A DNA stretch of 63,332 bases, counting the filler, from Octopus bimaculoides (taxonomy: Eukaryota): assembly GCF_001194135.2 (NCBI RefSeq). It is 4 parts of 4 records of this genome, joined end to end, with 100 filler letters (N's around TTAATTAATTAA, not from the genome) between each part and the next. Parts side by side here need not be neighbours in the genome. Positions count along the whole stretch, not along the records: positions 13,124 to 35,407 come from NC_068996.1; positions 35,508 to 42,955 come from NC_068988.1; 2 more parts are not named here. One strand, given 5' to 3'. The notes beneath the pieces were generated by a model. It was given only the letters and a program-made list of their open reading frames with translations. It had not been told where the DNA came from and made no database searches. Below are positions 23,991-35,987 of this stretch, piece after piece. Made by a program: the position numbers and the translations under genes. The first letter of the stretch is position 1; every line of letters begins with the position of its first letter.

Positions 23991-24415
23991 TTGATGTGAA
24001 CTGTAAAAATTTCTGGCAAAGTTTTGCTTTCTTGAATTTTATGTCATACGTTCTTTCATTTTGTCCATCTTGTATTTTTCAAATAAACATTTTTTCTATT
24101 ATAAATTATTTAGTTATTAATCACTTCCTACAAAAGTTATTGTAAAGAATGAACATGCTTTAAAGTATATACAGTAAAAATCTCATTCGGAAAAATGAAG
24201 CAGAAATGTAAATATCTTCATTTTTTACATTCGTTCTCTAATTTTGGCCACTACTGTTTATATACCCACATAAGCACATAATACACACATGAACAGTATA
24301 TAATATAATATAATATAATATATCTCTCGTTATAAATATACATAAACGCACATATAATGCGTGTGGAAGCATTTATTTTTAAATTATATATAATGTGTAT
24401 TGCATGCATATACAC

Positions 24416-24446
<31 letters not shown>

Positions 24447-25571
24447 TGTATGTATGTATATATGCATGTATGTATGTATGTATGCATGTATGTATGTATG
24501 CATGTATGTATGTATGTATGTATCCATTATGTATGTATCCATGTATGTATGTATGTATGTACGTACATGTATGTGTGTGTGTGTGTGTGTGCGTGCGTAT
24601 GTAAGTGTGTGTGTGTGTGTGCGTGTGCAAGTGTGTGTGTATGTACTTTTAAATTCTACTTCTTTATTTTTTCTCAAGGGTGTTGAATTATTTATTGAGC
24701 AGATTTTGAATAAGTCAGATTCTTCTAATCAAGTCGTAAGAATTTTAACCTTGAAATCTCGCGGCAGTTAGACGGTTTCCACTGAACAAACTGATAAGAA
24801 AGATAACGTACTTCAGAATCATGCAAAAGTTACTGGGAAAATATTCTTTAAAGCGAATTTGTACTGTAGAATATAAATACATTGAACAAATATATATAAT
24901 GAGTAAAGAAATAAATATAATTCCTAATTTACCATAAAATTCATCTGTTGGCTTTTGAATGTTTCCACAAGCTTTCTGTATGCTGGTATCGAACGAAGCC
25001 TTTAGATGTAATTCTTGGACGGGAAGAAAATAGTGCTGAGAAGGGAAGGTGAAGTTGATTTCCATCACGTGAGAACGAGTTAAAGACCACACATCTGGAA
25101 ACCTTACATCTGTATAGTCGCTTAAGGTGTTAGGAATAGCAACGAAATCTCACTCAAATCGTATTCAATAATCTCTGGAAAAAGAAGTAACTCATTAAGC
25201 AATGTAGTTTTAGATAAACTTAAAATACTTGGAATGATCACAGTAAGAATGCATTTCGTCAATGAGCACACTACACATGAGTGGAGTCGGCAACAAGACT
25301 TGTTTGTGAGTATAACAATATCTAGAGATGTGTACTCGGAGCGGGGTTGTGTGCCAACCTCCACCCTAAAGCCCTAAACAATGGTGACCCATCAACACAG
25401 TAAACCTCATTTTGTCCAAAATGATAAGAAGATATGAGAGCTGAACGTGAAATAACAGATACACAATTCACATTTCTTCCAGAACATTCCCCAAACTAGA
25501 CAAGCTACCGAGATTGATTTGTATATTAGTTTTTAGATTTTATATAACACTAATTGATATATGTAAATAAT

Positions 25572-25687
25572 CGGGTTCAGTCCCACTGCGTGGCACCTTG
25601 GGCAAGTGTCTTCTTCTACAGCCTCGGACCGACCAAAGCCTTGTGAGTGGATTTGGTAGACGGAAACTGAAAGAAGTTCGTTGTATA

Positions 25688-25767
<80 letters not shown>

Positions 25768-25980
25768 CGTGTCTGCGTTTATCAACTTGTGTTGTTGCGT
25801 TAATTTTCCCGTAACTTAGAAGTTCGGCAAACGTGACCGATAGAGTAAGTAACAGACTTGTAAAAACAAAGAGAAAATATTGGGATCGATTCATTCGACT
25901 GAAAAATTCTTCAAAGGTGGTGCCCCCGTATGGCTGCAGTCTAATAACTGAAACAGATCAAAAATAAAAGATATGTACTT
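25572..25980 (+). mobile_element. SINE family B, 5'-truncated, with long internal (GT)n
   Basis: GGGTTCAGTCCCACTGCGTGGCACCTTGGGCAAGTGTCTT...ACTGAAACAG tail. Confidence 0.9.
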
Positions 25981-26231
25981 TGGTCTATGAGAAAATGCAA
26001 ATTTATATTCCTTTTCTTTTTTTAATTTATATTTCTTTTTAAATTCCTTTATTACATTATGAATTATTTTGAGGCATCGGTCAGTTTGTGTTGACCATGC
26101 ACCCGCATGTGCATCCACACACGTATCTAATCTGCATATGCTCCCATACCTGTATCTCTCTACATGTGACATCTAAACATGTATTTATCGACATGCATCT
26201 ACACATGTATCTTTTATTTATTTTTTTTTGT

Positions 26232-26601
26232 CTTTTAGTTGTTTCAGTCATTTGACTGCAGCCATGCTGGGGCACCTCATTGAAGAGTTTTAGTCGAACA
26301 AATCGACCCCAAGATTTTTTAAAATTCCATCAGGGCCTTTTGTCAAACCGCTGAATTATGGAGACGTAAACACTCCAACACCAGTTGTCAAGCGGTGATG
26401 GAAGACAAACACACACACACACACATACACACATATATACGACGGGCTTCTATCAGTTTCCGTCTACCAAATCCACTCATAAGGCTTTGGTCGGCCCGAG
26501 GTTATAGCAGAAGATACTTGCCCAAGGTGCCATGCAATGGGACTGAACTCTGAACCATGTGGCTGGGAAGCAAGCTTCTTACCACACGGTCACGCCTGTG
26601 T
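26232..26601 (-). mobile_element. SINE family B, full length
   Basis: Head, internal (CA)n and tail all match the family. Confidence 0.9.
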
Positions 26602-27284
26602 CTACACGTTTCTACACATTCTTCTATACGTATATGCACATATATATAAACTTGTATCTTGTATATATATATCTTCACCTGCATCTATACGTTTATCAGT
26701 ATATGCATCTATCTACATATGCAATCTACACATGGATACACACATGCGCCTAAACATCTACATTTTCGGAACAAGGCCTTTTTGAGAAAGGCTAGCAGAT
26801 GTCCATTTATGCAAGTCTTCCTTCTCTGTACAGCCGCCAATGTTCATGTGAAGAAAAGGCCATCAATACAGATTACCAATGTCGTCACATGTCTTGTCAG
26901 AACGCACAAACTCAGAACAAACACTACATGGCATCTTGCCCGAACCTCTAACAAGATGTGCTAATTCATCTGCCCCAGGTGGAGTGCTTAATTTATCGAT
27001 CCTGAAAAGATGAAAGGCAAAGATGACTTCGGCAGGATTTGACCTCAGAGTTCAGAGAATCACGGGTCTGTAAATTTTGACTGTAAGAAATCCGACACTG
27101 GGAAAAATATCTGTGGTACCTGCTTTAGATAATGATTAATCTAGTAAATTAACTGCCATTATTAACTCTTTGCTTGTCCAAGCATGTTTTACTTAATCCT
27201 TGCTTCATACATTCTAAGTAACATACACCCTGAGTGGTATAAACACAGGCCTGAAGCATGTGTTTATATCATTTCAGGGACGAT

Positions 27285-27520
27285 CCAATGGTTCTCAACC
27301 ATTTAAAAAAAAACTATGGACCCCTTTAATTCCTATTTCACTCGGACGGGTTTTTCTAACCACTCGATGTTAAAAAAAATTTTCATATTATATTTAGATA
27401 ATTAAATATTATTAGGAATTGTATAAAACAAAATTGTTGAAATATTTTGTGTATTGTAGAAGTATAGCCAAATCATGGCAGATAAATTTTAATAGCAAAA
27501 TCTTAAATGGACCCCTGGGT
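27285..27520. mobile_element. Possible hAT-type MITE remnant
   Basis: Begins CAATGGTTCTCAACC (Charlie-like TIR); ATGGACCCC recurs near both ends; right TIR decayed. Confidence 0.4.
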
Positions 27521-27613
27521 TAATCGAAACCAAACTAAAACATAAATACAATAATTAACCCTTAAACAACAGGAAAGGGTTGTATGAATGTGTGTGCCAT
27601 ATGGACAAAAAAG

Positions 27614-27657
<44 letters not shown>

Positions 27658-29405
27658 GAATAAAAAACTTTTATTTGAGGGTCATTTTTTAATACTTATT
27701 TTCACTTGAAATAAGTACAAAAGCTATGATAGTCTCTCACTCAATAAAATTTACAATCTTTTGAAGAACGTCATAAAATATTTATTTTCCTTCGATGATG
27801 GCTACATCCAAATATAATTTTTGAGACTTCAGTTGGTGATATTCACCGTTTAAAGGTTAAAGACGGCATGGACAGGCAAACTTGTTAGAGCGACGGACAA
27901 AATTATTCACAGTGTTTCTAGCAGTGGCGGCTCGTGTATAGGCACTGCAGAATTGCAGCACCCCTTATTTCCACTCGATATTATCGATAACATTCAATAT
28001 TACGAGTCCTTTTTTCTTTAATTCTTTCTTTATAGTTGTACATTATATAATCCTTAAGCTTAATGTCAGTACCCATTCCCTAGTTTATGAAAGAAAAAAA
28101 ATCCTTGTATAGAACTGTGTACTTCGCAGTTCCAGCGATGCCGTGTTTGGTTGTTGTGCGCATGCTCACATGTCCGAGACAGGAAGCTGCACGCTAGGGA
28201 GAGAGAACACTGTGGCTCACCTGGTGTGCTGGTGAAAGGTAGTGTTTCTGTTTGACTCCGCATGTACTGTGCTTAAAAAACATGTTTATATTCTTGAATG
28301 TGATAAAGTGTGATATCTTTGCCAATGATAAGAAAATGTTAAGAGGGGCTTTGCGTTTAAATAGTTTACATAAAAGTGTTCAAAATAGGTAGTAAAATAA
28401 ATTCATAATTATTTATAAGTTCATCAAAAATCATGATTGTATAGAAACATATATACTGAAAGAATTTGTAGACAGTATTTGATAGGAGAAAGCGTGTATT
28501 GCTTAGTCAAAACTTCATCAGAAATCATATTTAAATATTTATACAGAATTTTGGAGGAATGGCCAACCTTTTTTCTTCATCTCCAGTTTTGTATGTGTGT
28601 TTGGCAAGAATGGTTGCTATTTTTAGAAACAATGTGGGAGGTTGGTTGGTGGGGGAAAGCATTTACATAATTTGTGGAATGAAATGGNNNNNNNNNNNNN
28701 NNNNNNNNNNNNNNNNNNNNNNNNNNNNNNNNNNNNNNNNNNNNNNNNNNNNNNNNNNNNNNNNNNNNNNNNNNNNNNNNNNNNNNNNNNNNNNNNNNNN
28801 NNNNNNNNNNNNNNNNNNNNNNNNNNNNNNNNNNNNNNNNNNNNNNNNNNNNNNNNNNNNNNNNNNNNNNNNNNNNNNNNNNNNNNNNNNNNNNNNNNNN
28901 NNNNNNNNNNNNNNNNNNNNNNNNNNNNNNNNNNNNNNNNNNNNNNNNNNNNNNNNNNNNNNNNNNNNNNNNNNNNNNNNNNNNNNNNNNNNNNNNNNNN
29001 NNNNNNNNNNNNGGTGGGTGGGTGGGTTGTGTTGTATTTGTGTGTGTTTGTGTGTGTATCTGTGTATGTGTGGGTGTATTTGTGTGAGTGTGTCTTGTAA
29101 TTGTCAGGGCGGTGTGTGTGTGTGCATGTATGTGTTTATGGATGTGTGTCTATGTATGCGTGTCTGTGATATTGTGGGGATATTGTGCTTGTGCGTATGT
29201 CTATGGATATGTATGTGTGGGGATTTTATACTTCTGTGTGTGTTTGTTGTGGATGTGTACTTAAGGGGTAGGGGTATTGTGTTTATGCGTCGGCAGTCCA
29301 AGTATATTTTTTGAGATGTTAGAGTATGTTGAGTTGTGATCTGTATTTTTGAATAAGGATATTTTCCTTATTTATCCGTGTTTGGTCAGTGGTGCTGTCT
29401 GGACA

Positions 29406-29474
29406 GTGGGAAAACTAGGAATTTGGGTGACTTATTTTGTGGGAAAACTAGGAATTTGGGGGACTTATTTTGTG
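29406..29474. repeat. 33-bp tandem duplication
   Basis: GTGGGAAAACTAGGAATTTGGG(T/G)GACTTATTTT twice. Confidence 0.9.
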
Positions 29475-29604
29475 CACAGAGAACTAAATGGCCACTAAGT
29501 GGCATCTGTCTTGCAGTGAGATCCCTTAGTTTTTGACAGTGGACTGTCATCCAATCTCTTAGGGTAAGACTAGTTTGCCCCATATAGTCTTTGTGGCACC
29601 CTTC

Positions 29605-29757
29605 ACACCTAATGGCAGAAAGTTATGTCCTGAGTTCAAATTCCGCCGAGGTTGACTTTGCCTTTCATCCTTTTAAGTGCCAGGGAAACAATGGGGTCGA
29701 TGTAATCGACTTGTCTCCTCCCCCAAAATTTCAGGCCTTATGGCTGAAAGGATTATT
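29605..29757 (+). mobile_element. SINE family A, partial
   Basis: CTGAGTTCAAATTCCGCCGAGGTTGACTTTGCC...GGGGTCGATGTAATCGAC. Confidence 0.8.
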
Positions 29758-29889
29758 AACACTTTGCTTGTCCAAAGTATTTTCACAAGTTTGTCCTAAA
29801 TGTCCATGCATGTTTTCAGACTTTTACTTAGCCCTGGTTTCATAAGTTCTTGGTTATGTTAAGCTTTCTTTTTATTAGTTTCCAATTAC

Positions 29890-29892
<3 letters not shown>

Positions 29893-29921
<29 letters not shown>

Positions 29922-30536
29922 GCCCTCCAACGCGGAGTATAGGCCACTTATAATTGAATTCCATGTCGCATAATTTTTTACTTCTGTACTTTATACTCTG
30001 CCATGAATGTCCCCCTTTCTCTAGTTCCTTTTGTGTTGATCTACGCCACGAGTTCTTAGGCCTACCCCTCTTTCTATATCCATCCGGATTCCAATGTAAA
30101 GCGCTTTTCGCTACATTTGGTGTGTCCTTTTTAATTGTGCTACCAATCCACTTCCACTTTTTCTTAAATATTTGCTCTCTAATCGGAACTTGATTCGTTC
30201 TTTGCCATAGCTCCATATTGCTTATGTGTTCGGGCCATCTGATTTTAAGTATACTACGCAAGCATCTGTTGATGAATGATTGTATTTGCTTATTTGACTT
30301 AACTGTTGTTCTCCATGTCTCAGCCTTATACAATAACACCGCTTTTACATTAGTGTTAAAAATTCTTATTTTGTTCTTTATTGAAATTACACTTGCACTC
30401 CATACAGTGAACGTATTAAACTAGAAACCGGTGAACTAGAGGATGTAGCCGAATTTACGTATTTAGGTAGTAAGATAACGTTCTCAGGCGGCACCGACGA
30501 AGACATTAAGACGAGAATAAACAAGGCAAGGACCGC
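29893..30536 (-). mobile_element. RTE-clade LINE, 5'-truncated with 5' inversion
   Basis: Sense part 29893-30420 encodes NKIRIFNTNVKAVLLYKAETW...GYRKRGRPKNSWRR and ends in a (GAAA)n tail. Inverted part 30421-30536 encodes LEDVAEFTYLGS...DIKTRINKARTA. 14-bp TSD TTTCCAATTACTCT at 29879-29892 and 30537-30550. Confidence 0.93.
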
Positions 30537-30558
30537 TTTCCAATTACTCTGGTGGTTG

Positions 30559-30605
<47 letters not shown>
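30559..30605. repeat. Poly(A) tract, 47 nt
   Basis: Direct reading; lies outside the RTE TSD. Confidence 0.9.
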
Positions 30606-30608
<3 letters not shown>

Positions 30609-31333
30609 GAGAATATATATCATATATGATGCATGCACAGACACTTTGGAAGTATGTCCTATGTATCATATGCGACGCATAGGACAGCCAAAGGGTAAAG
30701 CTGGTGTTTGAAATAAATTTAACATGAGATTTTGATGGAAGGTGTTAATTTAGATCACTTTAAAATAGGAAGTTTGTATCACAGAACCAAGGGCTAAAAT
30801 GGAGGATAAAAGTAAAGTGGAAGCCTGAATTGTACACGTCAGCCCAAAAGCTGCTTCCAGAGTATTAGGGAAAGAGGAACATAGCAGCAACAGCAACGAT
30901 AAAAACAAAAACACGTTGATGGATATATGTGTGTGTGTATGAATAGCTTGGCAGCACTAAAATACCTTCGTGCATCTGACCTAATTCCATTTTTATTCAA
31001 AGTTATTTTGATACTGTTAAATCTAATAATATAAATTGTGTTAAGAAAGAGAAAACGCTTGACAAGATCATTCCCATAAGACATCGTTGCTATGGCATCT
31101 ACAATGGTACATTTCCTCTCTGTTGAAAGATATTTCCAAAACATATTTCTTCGCCTATTAAGCAAATACACTCGTGCTCGCGCTTCAACCAACGAGGAAT
31201 CTCTACATAAGGGATTTCCAAACGGTACTGCCCATAGCCTCAGGGGATTCAACAGAAAGGATAAGAATATATTTCATTAAAAGTGCTTTTCAGAATAAAA
31301 TTATTAACTATTCTATACAACACGCCAAGAACT

Positions 31334-32383
31334 TTATTATTACCTCCACCTTAGCGAAAGCGGAGGTATTGTTTTCAGTCTTGTCTGTTTGTCTGTTTGT
31401 TAGTTTGTTTGTCCGTGGACAAAATATCTCAAGAACCGCTGGATGGATTCAGATAAAACTTTCAGGGATGCTTGGCCTCGTGACTGGCACAAACTGATTA
31501 GATTTTGGGATTGATCCGGTACCGGACAAGGATTCTGGATTATTTGTTATATCTACTTTACTTGAAGTATTACCTTTCAAGGCTTTCTCTGATTATCTCC
31601 CTTGAAAACACTCTGGTTTCTACGTAAGTTATGGCGGCGTTGCTGTTTCCAAAGTTTTATTTTCGTTTCTCTATTAATTTTACTCGCGTCTCTACCTTAG
31701 TAGAAACTGTTGGATCAAGAAATCAAACTGCACAAACAAATGACAGCAAAACCATTCAGTAATTAAATAACACTAACATATTCAGTAACAGTAATAAATT
31801 TAATTTATCCTTGACAATATTTAGTTTTACCAATTTTTTAATATATCACTCCTGTTTAAAACCTCTTACCTACTTGACAATTGCATTTCTAGCTCTGTCT
31901 TGAAGGAAGCTTTACTTCTTGGACTCACGTTTTTGTGCACAATGTTGTTGTTAAACCTGTTAACAGCACCGTACGCAGGTCCTTTCTGTTTTCTTTCACG
32001 CACGGATAAATTTTTCACTATAGACCTTAATGGTCGTAATGACACTATATCAGTGGATAGACTAAAAATGGCCTTCATAGAGAAAACTGTCCCTGTACCC
32101 ACTGTAGACGACACACACAGCATTACAAACACGGCCCGCACACCCACCTTCACATTCCATTGGGATCGATCAGGTACCAGACAAGGATTCTGAATTATTT
32201 TTCCGTTCTTTTCTTTTGTTTTTTTTTACTTAATTTTTGAGAGTTCATTTTTAGTATTCTCATTTGTGAGAGCAATTGAGTTTATTTCAGATATTCTCAT
32301 TTTAGAAATCATCTCTGGCTAATCATTGAGAGGGCGTTGGTGTTGCCTTGGCAGAGGTTTGTTCTCTCTGAGTGCCCTTGTTC
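31334..32383 (+). mobile_element. HINE/DINE-1-like non-autonomous element, interrupted
   Basis: 5' TTATTACCTCC...GGAGGT hairpin, (GTCT/GTTT)n microsatellite, inverted subterminal CCTTGGCAGAGGT at 32346-32358, T-rich flanks; no TSD seen. Confidence 0.6.
31900..32160 (+). pseudogene. Gypsy integrase C-terminal (GPY/F) fragment
   Basis: THVFV in one frame, then LTAPYAGPFCFLSRTDKFFTIDLNGRNDTISVDRLKMAF. Confidence 0.85.
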
Positions 32384-32414
32384 TATCTGTGAAGATTTAA
32401 AGCTCAAGATATTA

Positions 32415-32558
32415 TGAACAGGCGTGACTGTGTGGTAAGAAGCTTGCTTTCCAACCACATGGTTCTGGGTTCAGTCCCACTGCGTGGCACCTTGGACAAG
32501 TGTATATTAAAATCTTGTGAGTGGATTCGGTTAGACGGAAACTGAATGAAACCCGTCG

Positions 32559-32593
<35 letters not shown>

Positions 32594-32810
32594 GTCTGTG
32601 TGTCTTTCTCCCCCATCACCGCTTGAAAACCAGTGTTGGTGTGTTTATATCCCCGTAACTCAGCAGTTCAGCAAAAGAAACCGATTGAATAAGTACTAAG
32701 GCTTAAAAAGTAAGTCCTCGGGACGATTTGTTCGACTAAAATCCTTCAAGATGGTACTCCATCATGGCCACAATCAAATGACTGAAACAAGTAAAGAAAA
32801 ATAAAAAAAG
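32415..32810 (+). mobile_element. SINE family B, near full length
   Basis: Head GGCGTGACTGTGTGGTAAG, internal (CA)n(TA)n, tail ACTGAAACAAGTAAAG. Confidence 0.9.
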
Positions 32811-32857
32811 AGAAACTAGCGACCTATAATTGCGTTTTCATTCCATTTGTAATAACT

Positions 32858-33420
32858 TAGGAGGATTGGCTGTAAAATTCATAGCCTGACCAAGATACTC
32901 GCATGGAATGTGAGCAAATGAGGTTTAGTTTTCAACAAAGTACTCCTTGCACTTCACACACTCTTTTCATTGGTGATACAGTGCTTGGACCCCATTGCTG
33001 AAGAAACATTCTTCCTGTTGGTCAAAAAAGTCATACGCAGCAGATATGACTTCATCACTACGATACCGGTTCCCAGCCAAGTATTTTTTCATGTTGAGGA
33101 GCAGACAGTAATTAGAATGGGCCTAATCAGGAAAATAGGGAGGGTGATCAACAGGTTCAAAGCCACAATCACACACAGCTGCCATTGAAAGCAAGTACTT
33201 GTGTGCTGGAGCATTATCCTAATGAAACAAAACCCCTTTCATCAGTTTTCCTGGGTGTTTGGTCTTGATAGCCTTTCATAACTGCCTCAGCAAGTTGGCA
33301 TAATACTCTCCATTGATGGCGTGGCTCTTTTGAAGAAAGTCAATAAACAAAGTGCCTTTTGCGTCCCACCAAAACTGAGGCCATCATCTTTCCTGCAGAA
33401 TAAACGACTCCGTGCTTGTG
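32858..33420 (-). mobile_element. mariner fragment (3' half of transposase)
   Basis: Reverse translation FIDFLQKSHAINGEYYANLLRQL...FH*DNAPAH...DHPPYFPD. Confidence 0.85.
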
Positions 33421-34369
33421 AGAATCTAGACTTGGTTCTCTTTATCAATCACGACGAAAATCTAGGAGATTCCTGAATCCACAGACAAACTTGAGGATGA
33501 CAATCAGCAATAAAGTTCCATGCTTTGATAGTCATATTTGAGAAACAGGGAGCAAGAAATTACTGAACTTCATGTTCACAACTGTGATTGATTTTTACTG
33601 GTTACCAGCTAAATTTGCTCAGCTCATTTTAGTCGCCCTCAATACTGTATGCGATTCAATTTGATAAAAATAAACTAGTGATTAAAAAATCGATGTTTAC
33701 ATCTTCAAATAGGTTATTACTTTGGTAGGGGTGTGCGAAAACTAATCAAACATTTCCCAGTGGTATGGGGCATGGAAAAGATAGGATGCCAGGGCTCTAT
33801 GTGGTCATTCAATTTGCTAGAAATAGCAAAATATCTCATAAAGCACACTAACGTCTTGGCGTCTTCTATTCAAATAAAATTTATCCAAAATAACAATATT
33901 TTGACGTGATCTTACAGTTAACATGATTCGATCGAAGAACTCTCCGCTGTCATTTTAACTGTAGGAGCACGTCGAGATAATGTTTTGGATAAATTTTATC
34001 TGAAAAGAAAAAAATAGAGTCTGATTTCCTGAGATCAAATCCTGCCGAAGTCAGCTTTGCTGTTCGTCTTTTCGGGATTGATAAATTAAGTACTTCACCT
34101 GAGAACGATGGATTAGCACAACTGTTCCTTGCAGGATCTGTTCTGAGTCTTTGCCTTCTGACAACAAGAATAAGGCGGAGAATTGGGGGCATCATAAGAA
34201 TGCCGGACAGAATGCCTCGCAATATTTGTTTCGGCTCTCCGTGCTACGAGTTCAAATCGCGTCGAAGTCAGCTTTGCCTTCATTACTTTCGGAGCCGATA
34301 AAGTATAACTTCTGAGATCGAGTTTTCATTCTCGTTTATTTTTTTCTTCTCTGGACCGTACCCGTATTT

Positions 34370-34530
34370 CTAAGGTCTCCTCTCGTGTCATGTTAATTCT
34401 CTCTGACTGAGAATTACATTGAGGGTACACGCACCAGAGGAATACTCAGCCACATAATGTTAATTTCATCAGTAGGAAGTCAGTTGACCGTGCAACCGTA
34501 TGCTCGTCGTCTCGACCGACGGAGAACGCT
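34370..34530 (+). mobile_element. SINE family C, decayed 3' part
   Basis: GAGAATTACATTGAGGGTACACG...CTCAGCCAC...GTTAATTTCA resembles the 3' part of 3841-4222. Confidence 0.55.
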
Positions 34531-34839
34531 CTGCAGTCAGCTGTAAGAGCACGTCGAAATAATGTTCCGGATAAATTCTATCTGAATAGAAGACGGCTTG
34601 TTCATGGTTGGAACGCCTTTGGACGGATAGAATTACTTCTTCAGGGGATGACCTAAAGAGTTGGTGGGTGGGGCAATCAAAAACAAAAACCGCAACTACT
34701 ACTACTACTACACGTACACAAGTGCGTTCAATCATGCGTACACATACCAAGTGATGCACCAAAAGCGTAAGTAATAACGAATTCTTAGTTTGGCAAGGAG
34801 AGGAGGAGTGGAACAATATGTCACTGGATACAACGTGAA

Positions 34840-34922
34840 AGAGAGAGAGGAAACGCAAAAGACAAATGGGAGAGGAAAAGAGAGGGAGAAAGTGAGCTAG
34901 CGAGAGGTGGAGGAGAGAGAGA

Positions 34923-34960
<38 letters not shown>

Positions 34961-35405
34961 AGAGGGAGAGGGGGAGGGGATAGAGATAAAGAAAGTGAAA
35001 GAAAAAAAACGAGAAAAACGTGTGGAAGAGAAAACGAGGAGAGAAAACGAGAGAGAGAAAGTGAGCAAGCAAGTGGGGGAGGGAGGAGAGAGGGATGTGT
35101 GAGAGAGAGAGACGGGGAGGGAATAAAGATAAAGAAAGTGAAAGAAAAAACGAGAAAAACGCGAGGGAGAGAAAACGAGAGGGCGAAAGAGAGCGAGCCA
35201 GAAGGGGAGGGAAGGAGGTAAGAGGGATGTGAGAGAGGAAGAGAGAGAAGGAGGGGGTAGAGATAAAGAAAGTGAAAGGAAAAAAACGAGAAAAACGCGA
35301 GGAAGAGAAAACGAGAGGGCGAAAGAGAGCGAGCGAACGAGAAAGAAAAAAAGAGAGAACAAGAGAGGGAAGAAAAAGAGAAAGAAAATAGGGAGTAAAA
35401 ATGAA
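34840..35405. repeat. Polypurine region with a ~135-bp unit repeated three times
   Basis: GATAAAGAAAGTGAAAG..AAAAAACGAGAAAAACG at about 34985, 35127 and 35263. Confidence 0.85.
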
Positions 35406-35603
35406 GTNNNNNNNNNNNNNNNNNNNNNNNNNNNNNNNNNNNNNNNNNNNNTTAATTAATTAANNNNNNNNNNNNNNNNNNNNNNNNNNNNNNNNNNNNN
35501 NNNNNNNTGTGGAACCTATACCCCAATGTAACCAGAAAACTAACCCCTATGAACCAAGCACGACTCACGTGAGGCACAAGCAACACAGTATATATTGCAT
35601 GTA

Positions 35604-35831
35604 TTGGGCTGTCCGGAAAGTTCGTGCCGATTTTTAAAGGAAAGAAAAAGGTCAATAAATACTTGCCATTACATTTTAAATCAACCAAATACGAACCATT
35701 TTGTTGCACAATGCGTCTCTATCTTTTCTTTAACTTGAAAATACCCTCTTCCCAGAATTGAGATGGTTTCATGGCAAATACGTCGAAAGGTTAGCTACTA
35801 TAAAACGGCACGAACTTTCCGGACACCCCAA
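35604..35831. mobile_element. mariner-derived MITE, 228 bp
   Basis: TIRs TTGGG(C/G)TGTCCGGAAAGTTCGTGCCG; TA TSD at 35602-35603 and 35832-35833; interior retains the transposase C-terminus (QQNGSYLVD). Confidence 0.92.
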
Positions 35832-35987
35832 TATTAACGTATTGAATTTTACTCAGTTATATTCAAGAATTCACAAGCATAAAATAACAACAATGGCAAC
35901 GTTTCTTTTATTAGTAACACTCACTGCACTTTGGGGGTCATACGCTATATATAGGATGCTAGATCCTTTAAGCACTGTTTAAATATT

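Larger units (their letters stand above)
21458..24256 (+). mobile_element. Tc1-like IR/DR transposon with ~235-bp inverted repeats, interrupted by a mariner
   Basis: Left IR is 21458-21501 plus 22745-22935 and right IR is 24022-24256. Outer and inner DR-like motifs at 21465-21482 and 22892-22908. About 1.56 kb after removing the nested mariner. Confidence 0.92.

Noticed and set aside
26780-26965. C..C...H...C pattern (DYQCRHMSCQNAQTQNKHYMASCPNL)
   Set aside because: May be a LINE C-terminal zinc-finger remnant but too short and diverged to call
27925-28687. CAGTGGCGGCTCGTG start resembling a DNA transposon TIR
   Set aside because: No matching right end visible before the N gap
30839-31280. 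137-aa and 62-aa ORFs
   Set aside because: No recognisable motif or splice context; overlapping frames on both strands
34469-35362. 297-aa Ser/Leu/Phe-rich ORF
   Set aside because: Antisense translation of the polypurine repeat
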